Assembly (NCBI GenBank): GCA_964016885.1
Contig: OZ024742.1
Location: 11,842,001 to 11,906,000, forward strand
From: Eledone cirrhosa
Lineage: Eukaryota
Direction: 5' to 3'
Length of the DNA stretch: 64,000 nucleotides
The position numbers and the translations under genes were made by a program. Under the pieces are notes generated by a model. It had not been told where the DNA came from. It made no database searches and worked only from the letters and a program-made list of their open reading frames with translations. This document shows, in pieces, positions 1 to 16,190 of this stretch. How positions within the stretch are numbered: position 1 is the stretch's first letter; every line of letters starts with the position of its first letter.

Positions 1-60
1 ATACACACACACATATATATTTGTGTGTGTGTGTATGTATATATATATATATATATATAT

Positions 61-263
61 ATAACGAAGGAAGTGTGGTAAGGAACCAGGGGGACCATAA
101 CACACCAGAGTACTCAATACTTTGGGTAGTAAAGAGGGTAATAGGAAAATGTTCAAGACCCCCGACGGCAGAGCTCAAGCCGTTTCGACGGCTATTTCTG
201 AGTCCAGAAATAGCCGTCAAAATGGCTTGAGCTCTGCCGTCAGGGTCTTGCACATTTTCCTGT

Positions 264-265
<2 letters not shown>
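61..265 (-). mobile_element. Family A fold-back PLE-derived mini-element in (TA)n (3' half of hammerhead only)
   Basis: Inverted arms ~140-200/205-265 around AGTC; homologous to 18396-18581, 45538-45856 and 53553-53818; (TA)n on both sides. Confidence 0.75.
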
Positions 266-319
<54 letters not shown>

Positions 320-699
320 TGTTCTACCTCTATATCTTTTTATCTTTCTCATTCTCTCTTTAAGGTAGAACCTCATATACACCCCACCATGTATGTTATA
401 CACAGAAGTATATATACTAAGATATACAACAGAGATAGATTAAAGCTCCATAAAGCCTCAACAGAATTATTTATCTTCCTTATTAACTTGTCTTTCTTTG
501 GTTTTATATGTTACATCACCTTCACTATCAATACCATCATCATCACCATCCCCATCATTATCATCATCATAATCATCATCATCATTGTCACCATTATCAT
601 CATCATCATTTTCATCAGCTTCATCATCATCATCCTCATCATCACCATCACCATCATTATCATCATCATCACCATCATCACAAATTTTAGAATCAATTG

Positions 700-1125
700 T
701 AATACAGATGATGCCCTAACGGGCACAAACCTCCATAAATGTCTTTGCGAGGTTTTTAAATTGTTAAAGCCCTTCTCGGGACATGTACAGTACCAGTCAA
801 CACTTTTTTCTGTATCTCTTGCAGAGATAGCTTTCCAGGTAACAAGTCCAAATATTTTTCAGGTCCCTCTTTATCATTCCAAGTGTACCGACTATCTCTG
901 GTATTGTACAGGCCTTAAGATGCCACATTTTTTCAATTCCAATTGATAGATCCTTATACTTACTGAGCCTCCCGAACACTTTCGAGGAGATCTCACGATC
1001 TCATGGAATGCTCATGTCAATTAAGAAACTTGTTCTCTCTTTATGGTCCTTTACAATTATATCAGGTCTGTTGACCTTGATTGTTCTGTCAGTATCCACA
1101 GGGAAATCACAGCGGATTGCCATGT
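700..1125 (-). mobile_element. 3' fragment of RLE-type non-LTR retrotransposon (R4/Dong-like)
   Basis: Minus strand reads DFPVDTDRTIKVNRPDIIVKD...FLIDMSIP*D...LSKYKDL...MWHLK..IP.IVGTLG (RPD..D..K restriction-like endonuclease); runs into a (TGA)n-type microsatellite. Confidence 0.75.
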
Positions 1126-1131
1126 TCCCAC

Positions 1132-1250
1132 CTTTCATCCTTACGGGGTCCATAAAATACAGTACCAGTAACGCAATGGGGTCGATTTAGTCGACTTTCC
1201 CTTTCCATTCAAATTGTTGGCCTTGTGCCAAAAATAGAAACACGATTATC
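1132..1250 (+). mobile_element. tRNA-derived SINE, 3' part
   Basis: CTTTCATCCTTACGGGGTC..TAAAATA.AGTACCAG core and TTGGCCTTGTGCCAAAA tail shared with full copies. Confidence 0.75.
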
Positions 1251-1298
1251 GTTGTTGTTGTTGTATCATCATTCTGACTGAGATGAATCTTATCGTGT

Positions 1299-5410
<4,112 letters not shown>

Positions 5411-6652
5411 AGTAAAAACACTAACATTCTAAATATCTAAATATATAAAGCGATACTAATAAAATAGAGAATGTATCTTAGCAACAAACCTCCCGGCATT
5501 AGTCGTTTAAAATTAGCATATGTGTTTTGAAAAGGAAAAAGAAAACTTTCCTTTCGTTTCCTATTTTTTCTTTTCTTTTTGACATTTTGTTTTCTTCTTC
5601 TAAAGAATATTCCCTGCCAATAAAATTCTTTATGTGATTGCCTAGCTTTTCTATTATATTCTTTACAGATTTTAGATGAAATTGTTGTTACCCGTCTAAT
5701 AGGCGAATCTATTAGTCGGGTAACAGCAATTTCAATTTATTTCCTTGAACACATTGTTAGCACTGTGTTATACAACAACAAAAACAAGAAAAAGGGAGAG
5801 TCAATATGAGTTTGATATGAGTTCTCAGCAGAGTCTATATTGAGGTAATATTCATTGATCATATACCTCCCTTTACACACTCGAATTGTAGAAAAGAATG
5901 TCAAAATAATTGCTTGTCAAAATTGCAGTTCTCACTGATTACATAGACTTCAATTGTTGTTGTAGTTGTTCTTATTGTTGTGGTGTTAGAGTCGGTGGTT
6001 GCTGTTGTCGTGGTGGTTTCGGTGGTTTCTGTTGTTGTTGTGGTGGTGGTTGCTGCTGTTGTTGTTGTTGCTGCTGTTTTAGCCCCAAGTCAGCCATCTA
6101 CATTCAAATGAATTTTATTCAGAAACTATCCCGTCTTTTTAGACATGGTTTATCTCAGAATAAATTATCCACAATTTCCAAATAAAATTTCTCTTTTTCT
6201 CATTTGTTGGTGGTAAAAAAAAAATTTTAAAGGTGAAAAAGAAATTTTAAAGCTTCCCTGGTTTTCTTCCTTATTAGACTTGTTTTTGTTGTTGTTTGTT
6301 CTTGGTGCCCCTACAAATAGATTGGCTAGAATCACAATAAATACTTCTTTAAGTCAACTATAATAGACGAATATTTCAACTTTCATATTTCCATCTGTCG
6401 TCTAGTGAATGTAACCCTGTGGTGATAATCAGTGGAGCAAACAAGCAAAATGATAGCATGTGTGGAATAAAGGGATAATGTAAACAGGGTTGGGGAAAAC
6501 GTTTGATAAAATAAATACCTTATGTTTAGAAAATGGCGAAAGGTTATATACTTAGATACTGGAGAAGATGTGAACTACTTTGGAATAGGGTAAAGATGTA
6601 TTTATATTCCATGTGTTAGGATGTGTGTATACATATATGTATGTGTATATGA

Positions 6653-6787
<135 letters not shown>

Positions 6788-6814
6788 TATATATATATAC
6801 ATATATATATATAT

Positions 6815-6938
<124 letters not shown>

Positions 6939-7231
6939 CCCTTTGACTCTCAAAGGTTCTTCCGCCCTTTGTTTTTAATGTTGCAGGGTGTCCAAAAATC
7001 ACTCTCCTCACCAAGCAAGCAAGCTTGGTGGGGTGTTGCCGGCCTGCTTGCCGACAACCCGACCATACGACAGGTTGTACTGGGCTCATTTTACCAGTTG
7101 CACTCGCGCGTGACCTGATATATATATATATATAGTGTAGAACACTGGAAGGTAATATCCGTAGTGGTAGAGCACTCAATCCATGGGACGAGTTAGGTAG
7201 AAGTGGTTACACAACAGTTAGTTCACCATAC

Positions 7232-7269
7232 TGAGAACAATTGTTTCACCTGAGCGGATCCTCAGCTCA
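7232..7269 (-). ncRNA. Minimal type I hammerhead ribozyme
   Basis: tgag-CTGAGGA-t cc gctca gg t-GAAA-caattg-TT-ctca on minus strand. Confidence 0.7.
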
Positions 7270-7325
7270 TAATGGACATGATTATACGGAACAGGTAATA
7301 CTGTTCCGTATAACCATGTCCATTA

Positions 7326-7363
7326 CGAGCTGAGGATCCGCTCAGGTGAAACAATTGTTCTCG
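7326..7363 (+). ncRNA. Minimal type I hammerhead ribozyme
   Basis: cgag-CTGAGGA-t cc gctca gg t-GAAA-caattg(palindrome)-TT-ctcg. Confidence 0.7.
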
Positions 7364-7610
7364 GTATGGTGAACTAACTGTTGTGTAACCACTTCTATAT
7401 ATATATATATATATATATATGTAGATAAATCTACCAAAATATACGGTAGTGTCCAATCCGTATGAAGAACTCAATGTAATCCAAATATCATGAAAAAAGA
7501 AGATGCATTCAAAAATTTTCGATGAAAATCATAGGAAAACAGAGTCAAGATAAATTAATAAAAACAATGAAATAAAAACAAAGAACAAGTTCCTTATATT
7601 AAAAAATTCA

Positions 7611-7740
7611 TCACTTTACGATCGTTTCTAGGATGTATATGTGTGTTGGTATGTATATCAGATAGATCTATGTAAAAATATTATAAAGTATCAGAGGAAA
7701 TATACATACCTTCACATATACATGCTGTCTTTAGAAATGA
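7611..7740 (-). ncRNA. Hammerhead-like motif with ~100-nt stem II (core CUAAAGA), probable pLTR of the Naiad element
   Basis: tcattt-CTAAAGA-[atgtatatgtg..ggtatgtatat / atatacatacc..cacatatacat]-GAAA-cgatcg-TA-aagtga. Confidence 0.6.
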
Positions 7741-7772
7741 TGAGATTTGTTTATTGAAAAAACCCAACAAAG

Positions 7773-8424
7773 ATTTAATGCAAGGGAGACGCGCTGGAAA
7801 AGCCACTCCAACTCGCGGGGCTCACACCTGCGGCTGGCCAGCTCAGCGCCTATGGTGGTGAGTAAGGAGGTAGCCCTGGGGCCGAGGACACCAGAAGTAT
7901 CCACTGCCAGGGGAACTACCGCAAACCTATCGGAGAGCGACCGGTATTTGAGGAATTTGGCCCCCTCAGCCCGAGGTGCAGCAGAACCTGGGCCAGTCGC
8001 AGACTGCACCAGGTTGCGGTTGCAGAAAGTGTCGGTGCACGTGGCATCCCAGACGAGGGGTTTGCCACCCCGGAACGGGAAGATGGTCATGCCATCTGGC
8101 CTTTTGCCGTCCCCTCGATCCAGCGCCACCGGCTCGAGCTGGGAAGGGAAGCCTGCAGCGTCCAATCCATGCTTAATGACCTCGTTGAGGGCAGCATGGC
8201 GTGGAATGCGGCCGGCATTGTGGCGACAGGAAAGCGGGTGGAGGCCGAAAGAGTCCACGGTGGAACCGCAGCGACATTGGTGTGGCTGGCAGATCCGGCG
8301 GCCGAGCCTCAGGGAAACGCCGATTCGCAGGCTATGGTTGTCTAGCTGCGTGCCAGTGGAGAAGGAGGGCAGGGCATGGAGCCAGGCGCCACTGTGGAGT
8401 TTGGAGGCCGCACGAAAACAATTC
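7773..8424 (-). mobile_element. CRE-clade non-LTR retrotransposon C-terminal fragment (CCHC knuckle + RLE endonuclease)
   Basis: SGAWLHALP...LRLG..CQPHQCRCG...HPLSC...RH..LN...LEP....GDGKRPDG...WDATCTDT...FQRVSLAL; GC-rich island. Confidence 0.85.
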
Positions 8425-8742
8425 AATCGCTGTTATATAAATTGGACTACCTTCCAGCAACAATGTTTCTTCTTTGAAGATTCTATGAAAATATCCCTTA
8501 TAGCAATATATATATGCATACGCACACACATATATGTATATAAAAGGTCTGTTTGGGAACAGGTTTTGAATTGACCAATAGAAAAGTAGTTAGAGGTCAA
8601 GTTGTTAGAATAGTAGAAGTAGAAATTTAATTTAGGGGTAGAGGAGTGCAGACTTATGTTTTGAATGAAAATAATACATTGAATGAAAAGAATACATTGG
8701 GGATGAAAAGAGGTCAAGCCAGTGAAAGGTACACGAAAATTT

Positions 8743-9075
8743 GATGTTATTAAAGAATAATGTTAAAAACGAAGGAAAATAAAATTTTAGGGAAAGGGTA
8801 TTAGTGTGAAATACCAATCTTATTTAAACCACAAGGAATCTAGATCTATAACAAGAAATTAAATTAATTGATAGGTATACTTATAGGGATAAATTTATAT
8901 TAATTCATATGAATGTGATAAATAAGAATTAGATGTTATTAAAGAGTGTTGTTAAAAACAAAGGAAAGTAAAATTTTGGGATAAGGGTAGTAGTGAGAAA
9001 TACCAATCTTATATAAACTACAAGGAATTTAGATTAATAACAGGAAATTAAATTAATTTATAGGTATAATTTTAG
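8743..9075. repeat. Diverged ~190-bp tandem duplication in PLE 3' region
   Basis: GATGTTATTAAAGA...AATACCAATCTTAT...GAAATTAAATTAATT occurs at ~8743 and ~8932. Confidence 0.75.
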
Positions 9076-9212
9076 GTATTAATTTTAAGAAAAGAGAGCT
9101 GTAAGAGGGAAATAAAATTATGAAGTTCTCTGTAGTAAAGTACGAATTATAGGTTAACTAAATAAAAAAAACAATTATAAATAATATGTAAAATATAAGT
9201 GTAAGGTGTATA

Positions 9213-10645
9213 TTAATTAGGTTTATAATATTTGAAGGTTCTTCTAATTCTATGATTGCAAGATATAATGAATTTCTGTCGCTTATTTAATAGGATATCC
9301 TTAGATTTCATGATTTCAAAAAGTTCCTGGGATCATAATCTACACTCGTATCTGTTATTTTGATAAGGGGTGGCCCTTTTGAGCACACTCCAGGCCAGGT
9401 TGTAATAGATATTCTTCTTTCTATAATTATTAATTGTTTCAGCCAAGGATGTTGTATTAGTTAATGCGGCATTTTTAAAACTATGTTTGTGGGTATTATA
9501 TCTTACTTTAAATTGGTTAGATGTAGCTCCTATATATGAATAAGTGGAGTCCTTAGTGCTAATTTTACATTTATAGACTATGTTATTAATAAGACAATTT
9601 CCCTTTAATGGGCAATTGCTTTTGATTCTACAGTTACAACCACTCGTGAATATTATATCAGGGGAGTTAGTCAAATTTGGTGTGGAATTTACTCGACTTG
9701 TTATATGTGAAGGAGATGGTGGTTTGTTGCGGTTTATTTTAGTATTATGGTTGGTTTGATGTGTTGGTGGTATATTTGTGGGTTTTTTTACATTTTTATG
9801 CATTGTACGCTCTTATATTTTGTTGTATATTTTTGGTAGTGTAGTAGGAAAATTTGACAGTTGATCTATTTAAAATTTGATGGTATTTATGGTTTGGCGG
9901 GAAGTTTTTCTCTAGGATAGTAAAACAAATTTTTAGGGATATTATCTTTAATTTGTAGATTAAATGGAGCATTATACCAAGTAACCCGTCTATTACGGTT
10001 TCGATATTGTTTTTTATATTTATACAATGTATCAGGATGTTTACTAAGAGAGTTACTATTAGTGAATTTATTATATATAGGTTTAGTTAGATTAACTGAT
10101 TTAGGTGTTTTAGTCTGATTATTAGGAATTTTGTTAGTAATGTTAACATATATTGGAGTATTAGGATGAATGGTTTTTTTGACAGTCATTATATTTTATG
10201 TGAGAAGAGGTAGAGAAATTAAGTTTTAGGTTGGTATTTTGGGGTGTAGTATGAGTGGCATTTAGGTGTAGGTTTTTCATTTGGTGTTTGTTGGTAATAT
10301 TGGGTTGTATGTTTGAAGTATTATTGGTGCAAGGTATTTAGACTAATTTGTTTTTGTGGCCGCTTCTAGCTAAAGCTACGTTATAAAAGGGCGCGTTTTT
10401 ATCGAATACATCCTGGTCAGATGAAAGGTTAGAGATTCTGATTGAGATATTATATGCTAGGTTTTTAAGGATAGATCTAAGGTGATTGGATTGTGAGTGT
10501 ATGTAATGTAAGTTTTGGTTAGGTTTATGGTAAGGTTGGTAGATACCCGTAGATAAGTCTAAAGTTATATCTAGGCTATTTTACTGGTCTTTTCAAATGT
10601 AATAGTGAGATTGTAATAGTCTTTGAAGATAACTATTTGAGTATT
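9213..10645 (-). mobile_element. Naiad-type PLE: RT thumb, linker and GIY-YIG endonuclease (frameshifted)
   Basis: LDITLDLSTGIYQPYHKPN..YIHSQSNH; VTWYNAPFN; CNCR...CPLKGNCL..NIVYKC....YIGAT...FKVRY.TH; CRL(UGA)....LLNKR.....CNH. Confidence 0.85.
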
Positions 10646-12400
10646 CAGCAATTTTTCCTCCCTTGACATCACGACACCCCTTGGTAGTTGATGGTTAAAT
10701 ATTATTACCTCTAACTCCACCTACACACGATACGAACCTTTCAGTTGTTCTCTCTTTGACACCTCATCGATATACCTAGTTATGTATTTTCTTTGTTTAT
10801 TGTATATAAATAACTAACATCTAAGTTTGCTGTGGTATAGGTTTTATCTAATTATCTCCCTTTAAGTACATACATTATTAGTTTTATAGCGCGTGTTTAT
10901 TTCATTTACTTAGTAAACTCTATATATGTCGTACACTTGTTTGCAATTGGGGCTGTAGGATGTTCTATATATTTTCTGCTTGGATACATAGAGAGCCCAA
11001 CATTGTTTATCCATTATTGATAAAAATTTTGTTTTATATGCGTAACTTCTTCCTGTTATATTACTACAATAAATTATATCAAATGTAATTTTATGTAAGG
11101 AGATTTAATATCAAATATGTCAAATTTGCATACATGTTTACGCTCTGAGTTCAAGTGAATTCTGCTATGATGGATATGTTTTTCTGCATAAAGACGAAGG
11201 TAATAGAATTATAGAAAATAGAACTTATACAAAAGCTTGCTAATATAGTTTTCATGGCACTTTGTGTTCCATTATAATGATTTCGAAAATATCGGCATTC
11301 ATGGATAAAATGTTCCGTATATGTTTAGAATTTGTTTCTTTTTGCAGTAATGGGGTATGGTATCTCCTTTTTAAATGATCATGGATCAAAAAGGTTCGGT
11401 GTGCTTATTATACATAATCATAATTGTCAAACCTGGCACATTTATATATGTAGACTTAAAAGGTTACAATATAGTCTGAGAGCTTTTTTCAAAAGCATAA
11501 ATATAATTCATTTTGGATTGCGCTCGATTCAGGGTTGTTTTTACCCACCACAAACTTACGGTTCTATTTTATTGACATATATATCATAATGTTATGTCAG
11601 TCGAGGGATTTTATGAAAAATACTTTTTTCTTTTTTCCTTTGTCTTGTTTCTTTTCCATTTCTGCTGCCATGCTGTAAACATTGAATGTCAATTACATTC
11701 ATTTAGGTTTTACGATAATACAGGGATATAATAACCCTCTAACAAGTGACAATCTAGTCAAGCATTAATAAGATTTCCCAGACAATAACTATGAGCTTCG
11801 TGTTATAGGATATTTCATAATATCAAAGCTAGTCATGTATGCTGGACGCTATACGATATATATTGTTCGGAAAATGTACATTATACTCTGCAAGTAGAAT
11901 CCATTAATGGAACTGTAAAAATATGTAAAACATTTCAGAAGTTAAGCATATAATAATTACATATACACATGTAGAGAAACGGTAACTTGTGTATGTAGAA
12001 ATATAACTCAAAACATATATCTACACATGCAAATACATCCATGCGTGCACAGACGTTAAATAAACACATGATGGCTGCCCCCTCGTTATCGAGTATGGCC
12101 ATTGCACAATATAACAGTATTAATAATTATTAATTAATTCTATCGTGCAATGCCTGTGCGTGAAGATAATTTTTAAAATGAGGAAAGACTGTGCACTGAG
12201 CCAATCCCACTCTCTGAGCGACAGTAGCTATAACCCGAAAAGAAGAAAAGATCAACATCATCGGTAACTAGTAAGCCGCAGGTTTTATATCGGAGTTATC
12301 CCAGTTTCCTGAATTACCTTCTCCTAGAAGGATGCCCTGACAAAGGCTAGGGGGCCTTCACTCCCATACATACATACGTACACACATATATATATATATA

Positions 12401-13157
12401 GGTCACAAATCTAACTTTAAATCTAATCCTTCTATAAGACTTATTATGCCCTTCCAAGTCTGACATTGGCATCATTAGTAAACATTTTTTAGATAGAATC
12501 ATCCCACAATTAAGAAAACACGTTAATTTACCACTCTGGGAAAACACATCCCAAGTAATTAACTGGTTTACTAATATTAGAAATAAATCATCTGCTTCAT
12601 TTCTACAATTTTATATAGATGCTTATTATTCCTCTATATCGGTGCATTGGCAGTATCGGTAGAGGGTCGGACGCCATGCTTTGATGCATAGAGTTACGGC
12701 CCTTGCTATTCTGAGTTCAAATCCCGCCGAGGTTAACTTTGCCTTTCATCCTTACGGGGACGATAACATAAAGTACCAGTAATGCACTGGAGAATTTGCT
12801 GGCCTTGTGCCAAAAGTAGAAACAATTATTCCTCTAAATCACCCATACTCCTGAACAAAGCCTTGATATTTGCCAAAAATAGATCAAACTTAACTATGGA
12901 TGACATTAATATTATCACGCACGCTAGACAAACACTACTGGAATTTCAGAAGGAATACTGGACCAGAAATACATATAGTAATCTCTTCTACATTACTATG
13001 GGCTCTAGTGATTCTGCCCAAATTACCGATCTTGTGAGCCTCTTTCTTCTATTTAACATTAATTCATCTTTTCCCCACCTTAAAGGTGGCTTATATCGTG
13101 TTGACTGTCTTCTTCTTTCCACTAATCTTAGCCTATCAGAAATTGAAAAAAACAAGG
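12401..13157 (+). mobile_element. Naiad-type PLE reverse transcriptase fragment (degenerate, SINE-interrupted)
   Basis: HKSNFKSNPSIRLI..SKSDIGIISK.FLD...W.NT.QVI.WF...FLQFYI..YYSSI; ITMGSSDSAQITDLV; GLYRVD (YRDD decayed). Confidence 0.8.
12641..12824 (+). mobile_element. Full-length tRNA-derived SINE (Nin/Deu-like core) with 16-bp TSD
   Basis: TGGCAGTATCGG (A box-like), GAGTTCAAATCC (B box); TSD ATTATTCCTCTA(T/A)ATC at 12625-12640 and 12825-12840. Confidence 0.9.
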
Positions 13158-13214
13158 CCCAGTATTCCTTACTCCCATTCTAGGTTGTACATAATTCAAA
13201 TTAATATTCACAAA

Positions 13215-13362
13215 TACATCTCAAATCCTGCCAAGATCAACTTTGTTTTCCATTCTTCCGGGGTTAATAAAATAAAGTATCAGGTAAAATACTGGGGTTG
13301 ATTTAGTTAGCTTTGCCCTCCCACCAAATTTGTTGGCCTTGTGCCTAAACTAGAAACTAACA
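13215..13362 (+). mobile_element. Diverged SINE copy
   Basis: AAATCCTGCCAAGATCAACTTTG...AAGTATCAG...TTGGCCTTGTGCCTAAA. Confidence 0.7.
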
Positions 13363-14149
13363 TTCCTCAATAGACGTATCACAATATTGAAGAAATACTG
13401 TGATTAATATCAGTCTCTGTAGTGAGGCTGTGGACGGTGTTAGTGTATAGTACGATAGATCTCATTGTGTGGCATGGCTGCACCTTTTAATCCGTCTAAC
13501 AGGCTTCGAAACAGATTCCGTCTACCCAATTTCACTCACAAGGTTTGGGTACATCCGATGTTAAGGTCTACGAACCTTGCTTAAAATGTCACGCAATGAG
13601 ATCGAACCTGGAATCTTATGATTGAAAAAGGACGAGATTTCTTTGATCATTCCCATCCACAATAGATCATGAAACGCTCTGGAAATATATTGAAAGATTT
13701 ATATTGGAGTTCACTTGGTCTAGCAATTCTATTATACTCTTCTTTATGCTATACAACATTGCCATCATAACAGACTGCACTTGAATTCAGAAAGTAAGTA
13801 TGTAAGCACATATGCCACATTCGGTATTAAATCTCATTTCTCATAAAACTACATTTGATATATTTTATTACTGTAGTATACCAGAAGGAAGTTAGACATA
13901 TAAAACAAAAATCCATATCCTTAATGAATACTGAATGCACAGCTTTCTATGAATCCAAGCAGAATATAAATACTACATTAGACAGTGAAACCTCAGTCCA
14001 ACTATACAACATAGAATTTACTGCATAAATGAAATCGCCACTTGCTATAAGAATACATGAATGCATTTTAAGGGAGATAATTAGATAAAACATGCATTAC
14101 ATCAAACCTAGTTTTTATGTAGTTGTATACAATAAACGTGTGTTGAATT

Positions 14150-14300
14150 GACAATCGTTAGAACATCGGATAGATTGCTTTGTAGTATTCGTTCCGGGTC
14201 TTGGCGCATTTTGAGTTCAAATCTCGCTGATGTGAAATTTGCCTTTCATCATTTCGGGTTTGATTAAAAAGAAAGGTCCAGTCCATTAATGGGATCAATT
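14150..14300 (+). mobile_element. Diverged SINE copy
   Basis: GAGTTCAAATCTCGCTGA...TTTGCCTTTCATC. Confidence 0.65.
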
Positions 14301-15874
14301 CTTCCTATGTATCCCTCTCTCATTTCCTCTTTATCATTCTTTTTTTCTTTTTCTGAAATAAATCCTTTTCTTACATAGGGAGGAATGGGCTGCACCAGGT
14401 TTAAATTCACCACCTCACCCCCATGGCATTATAAGGTATTATACATACAATATATAATATACAGTGTGAATAGATGTAACTTTGATGTTATGCTAAATAA
14501 CTAAGATAGGAGATTGATGTTTGGTACCCCGTCTCTGATGAGTTAGAAGCCGTAATACTTGACTCTCCAATCTTGAATAATCCCTGGAGGTTTATGTAGA
14601 GATCCCGATAAGTAACTGTTGGTTACGTTCAAATTGTATATACGTTTGTTCATATGCTGGTTATATTTTATTATAGCATTAATTTAATTCTTTCTAACCA
14701 AAGAACTATTTCTATTATAATTAATGTTTTCTGACGTAGGTGCAAGACCAATTATTTTAGTGGAGGAGAAAGTAGATTAAATCAAACCATTGTATTTCTG
14801 GTACTTTATTTTATAAACCCCGTAATTCTGAAGAACAAAGCTAACCTTGGTGGTGTGATATCATATATATAACTTAAATAATTTTGCTTCGTAGGATATA
14901 AAAAGCCACAATTGTTGAAAGTTTGTAGTGATTGACGACTCAAAACAATAAATAGTCCACTCTATATAATATATTGAGAGCTTCATGGTGTTGAAATTTT
15001 ATTTTCGTATATATAGCTAGAAATATTTCCGTCTGCTGCAAACAGAAAAAAAATTCGTTTCAGCATTCTTTAAAATAATTTTGTAAAATTAATGATGGCT
15101 GCTGTTTTCTGAAAGCAATATAAATTAGAAGATAACAACAACAACAACAACAACAACAACAAAACCAAGCACTAAAAATCCTCTGATTTAATTTGCGGAT
15201 GAGAACAATATAGAAATGGGGTGCATAATGTAGAAACAATGACAGACCTTGTGTGGGTCGGGGAGTAAAATTAAACTTAGTGACGAGAAAATGTATAAAA
15301 TATAAATAAATGAAAAATAATTGAAAACATAACGTCAAGTTATTCCAGAGGCAGACTTCCGCCCAACTCTGCACCAAATATCATTCCTACATTCATTGGT
15401 CGCTTTATTTTACTTTACAGATTGTTTGTTTGGCTCTGTTTTGTTGTGTTTATCTTTTATGTTTTTTTCAACAGCCCCCTTATTATTTCTGCATGGAGTA
15501 TGTCTTGTTCAAGCTGTCAGTTCATGTAAACTAAACGCTAAAGACAGCTGCCTAATCATCGTCGTCGTCGTCGTAATCGGCATCATCGTTATCATCATCA
15601 GCAGCAGCAATAGCAGCATCATCATCATCATCAGCAGCAGCAACAATAGCAGCAACATCATCGTTGTCGTCATCATCCTTATTATTCTCCGTATTTTTTT
15701 CTTTTTGTTCTGTTTAAAGCAAATGGCAAGGCGTATTATATATTGTATATTATTATGTATTGTATACATATGTGTGTATGTGCGTACATATATGTGTGCA
15801 TATATACACACAGATATACATACACATATATACATTAATATATGTTTCTATCTATATGCCTGTATATATAAATG

Positions 15875-15907
<33 letters not shown>

Positions 15908-15946
15908 GGTGAGGGTGCACATATGTATATATAATATATACGTATG

Positions 15947-16075
<129 letters not shown>

Positions 16076-16104
16076 CGTTCTTGAAGCTAGTAAAATGAGG
16101 TATA

Positions 16105-16190
16105 CTCTTGATAAGTCGGCAGACCTCGCAAGGGCTCTATATCTTTATGATGTACTGTTTTTGTTTATGCCACGAAACTACGTAGTCGAG
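16105..16190 (+). ncRNA. Type I hammerhead (UUGAUAA core variant), copy 1
   Basis: ctc-TTGATAA-gtcggca...tgccac-GAAA-ctacgtag-TC-gag; predicted cut after 16187. Confidence 0.7.

Larger units (their letters stand above)
7135..7397. mobile_element. Family B fold-back mini-element with a hammerhead in each arm
   Basis: Arms 7198-7294/7301-7397, loop GTAATA; second copy at 17100-17280; (TA)n flanks. Confidence 0.8.

Noticed and set aside
7747-8574. 275-aa plus-strand ORF
   Set aside because: Antisense shadow of the GC-rich CRE fragment
12646-12730. tRNA gene suggested by A/B boxes
   Set aside because: No cloverleaf; it is the head of a multi-copy SINE with TSDs
14535-14630. Perfect CTGATGA followed by hairpins
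   Set aside because: No appropriately placed GAAA/NUH or stem I found
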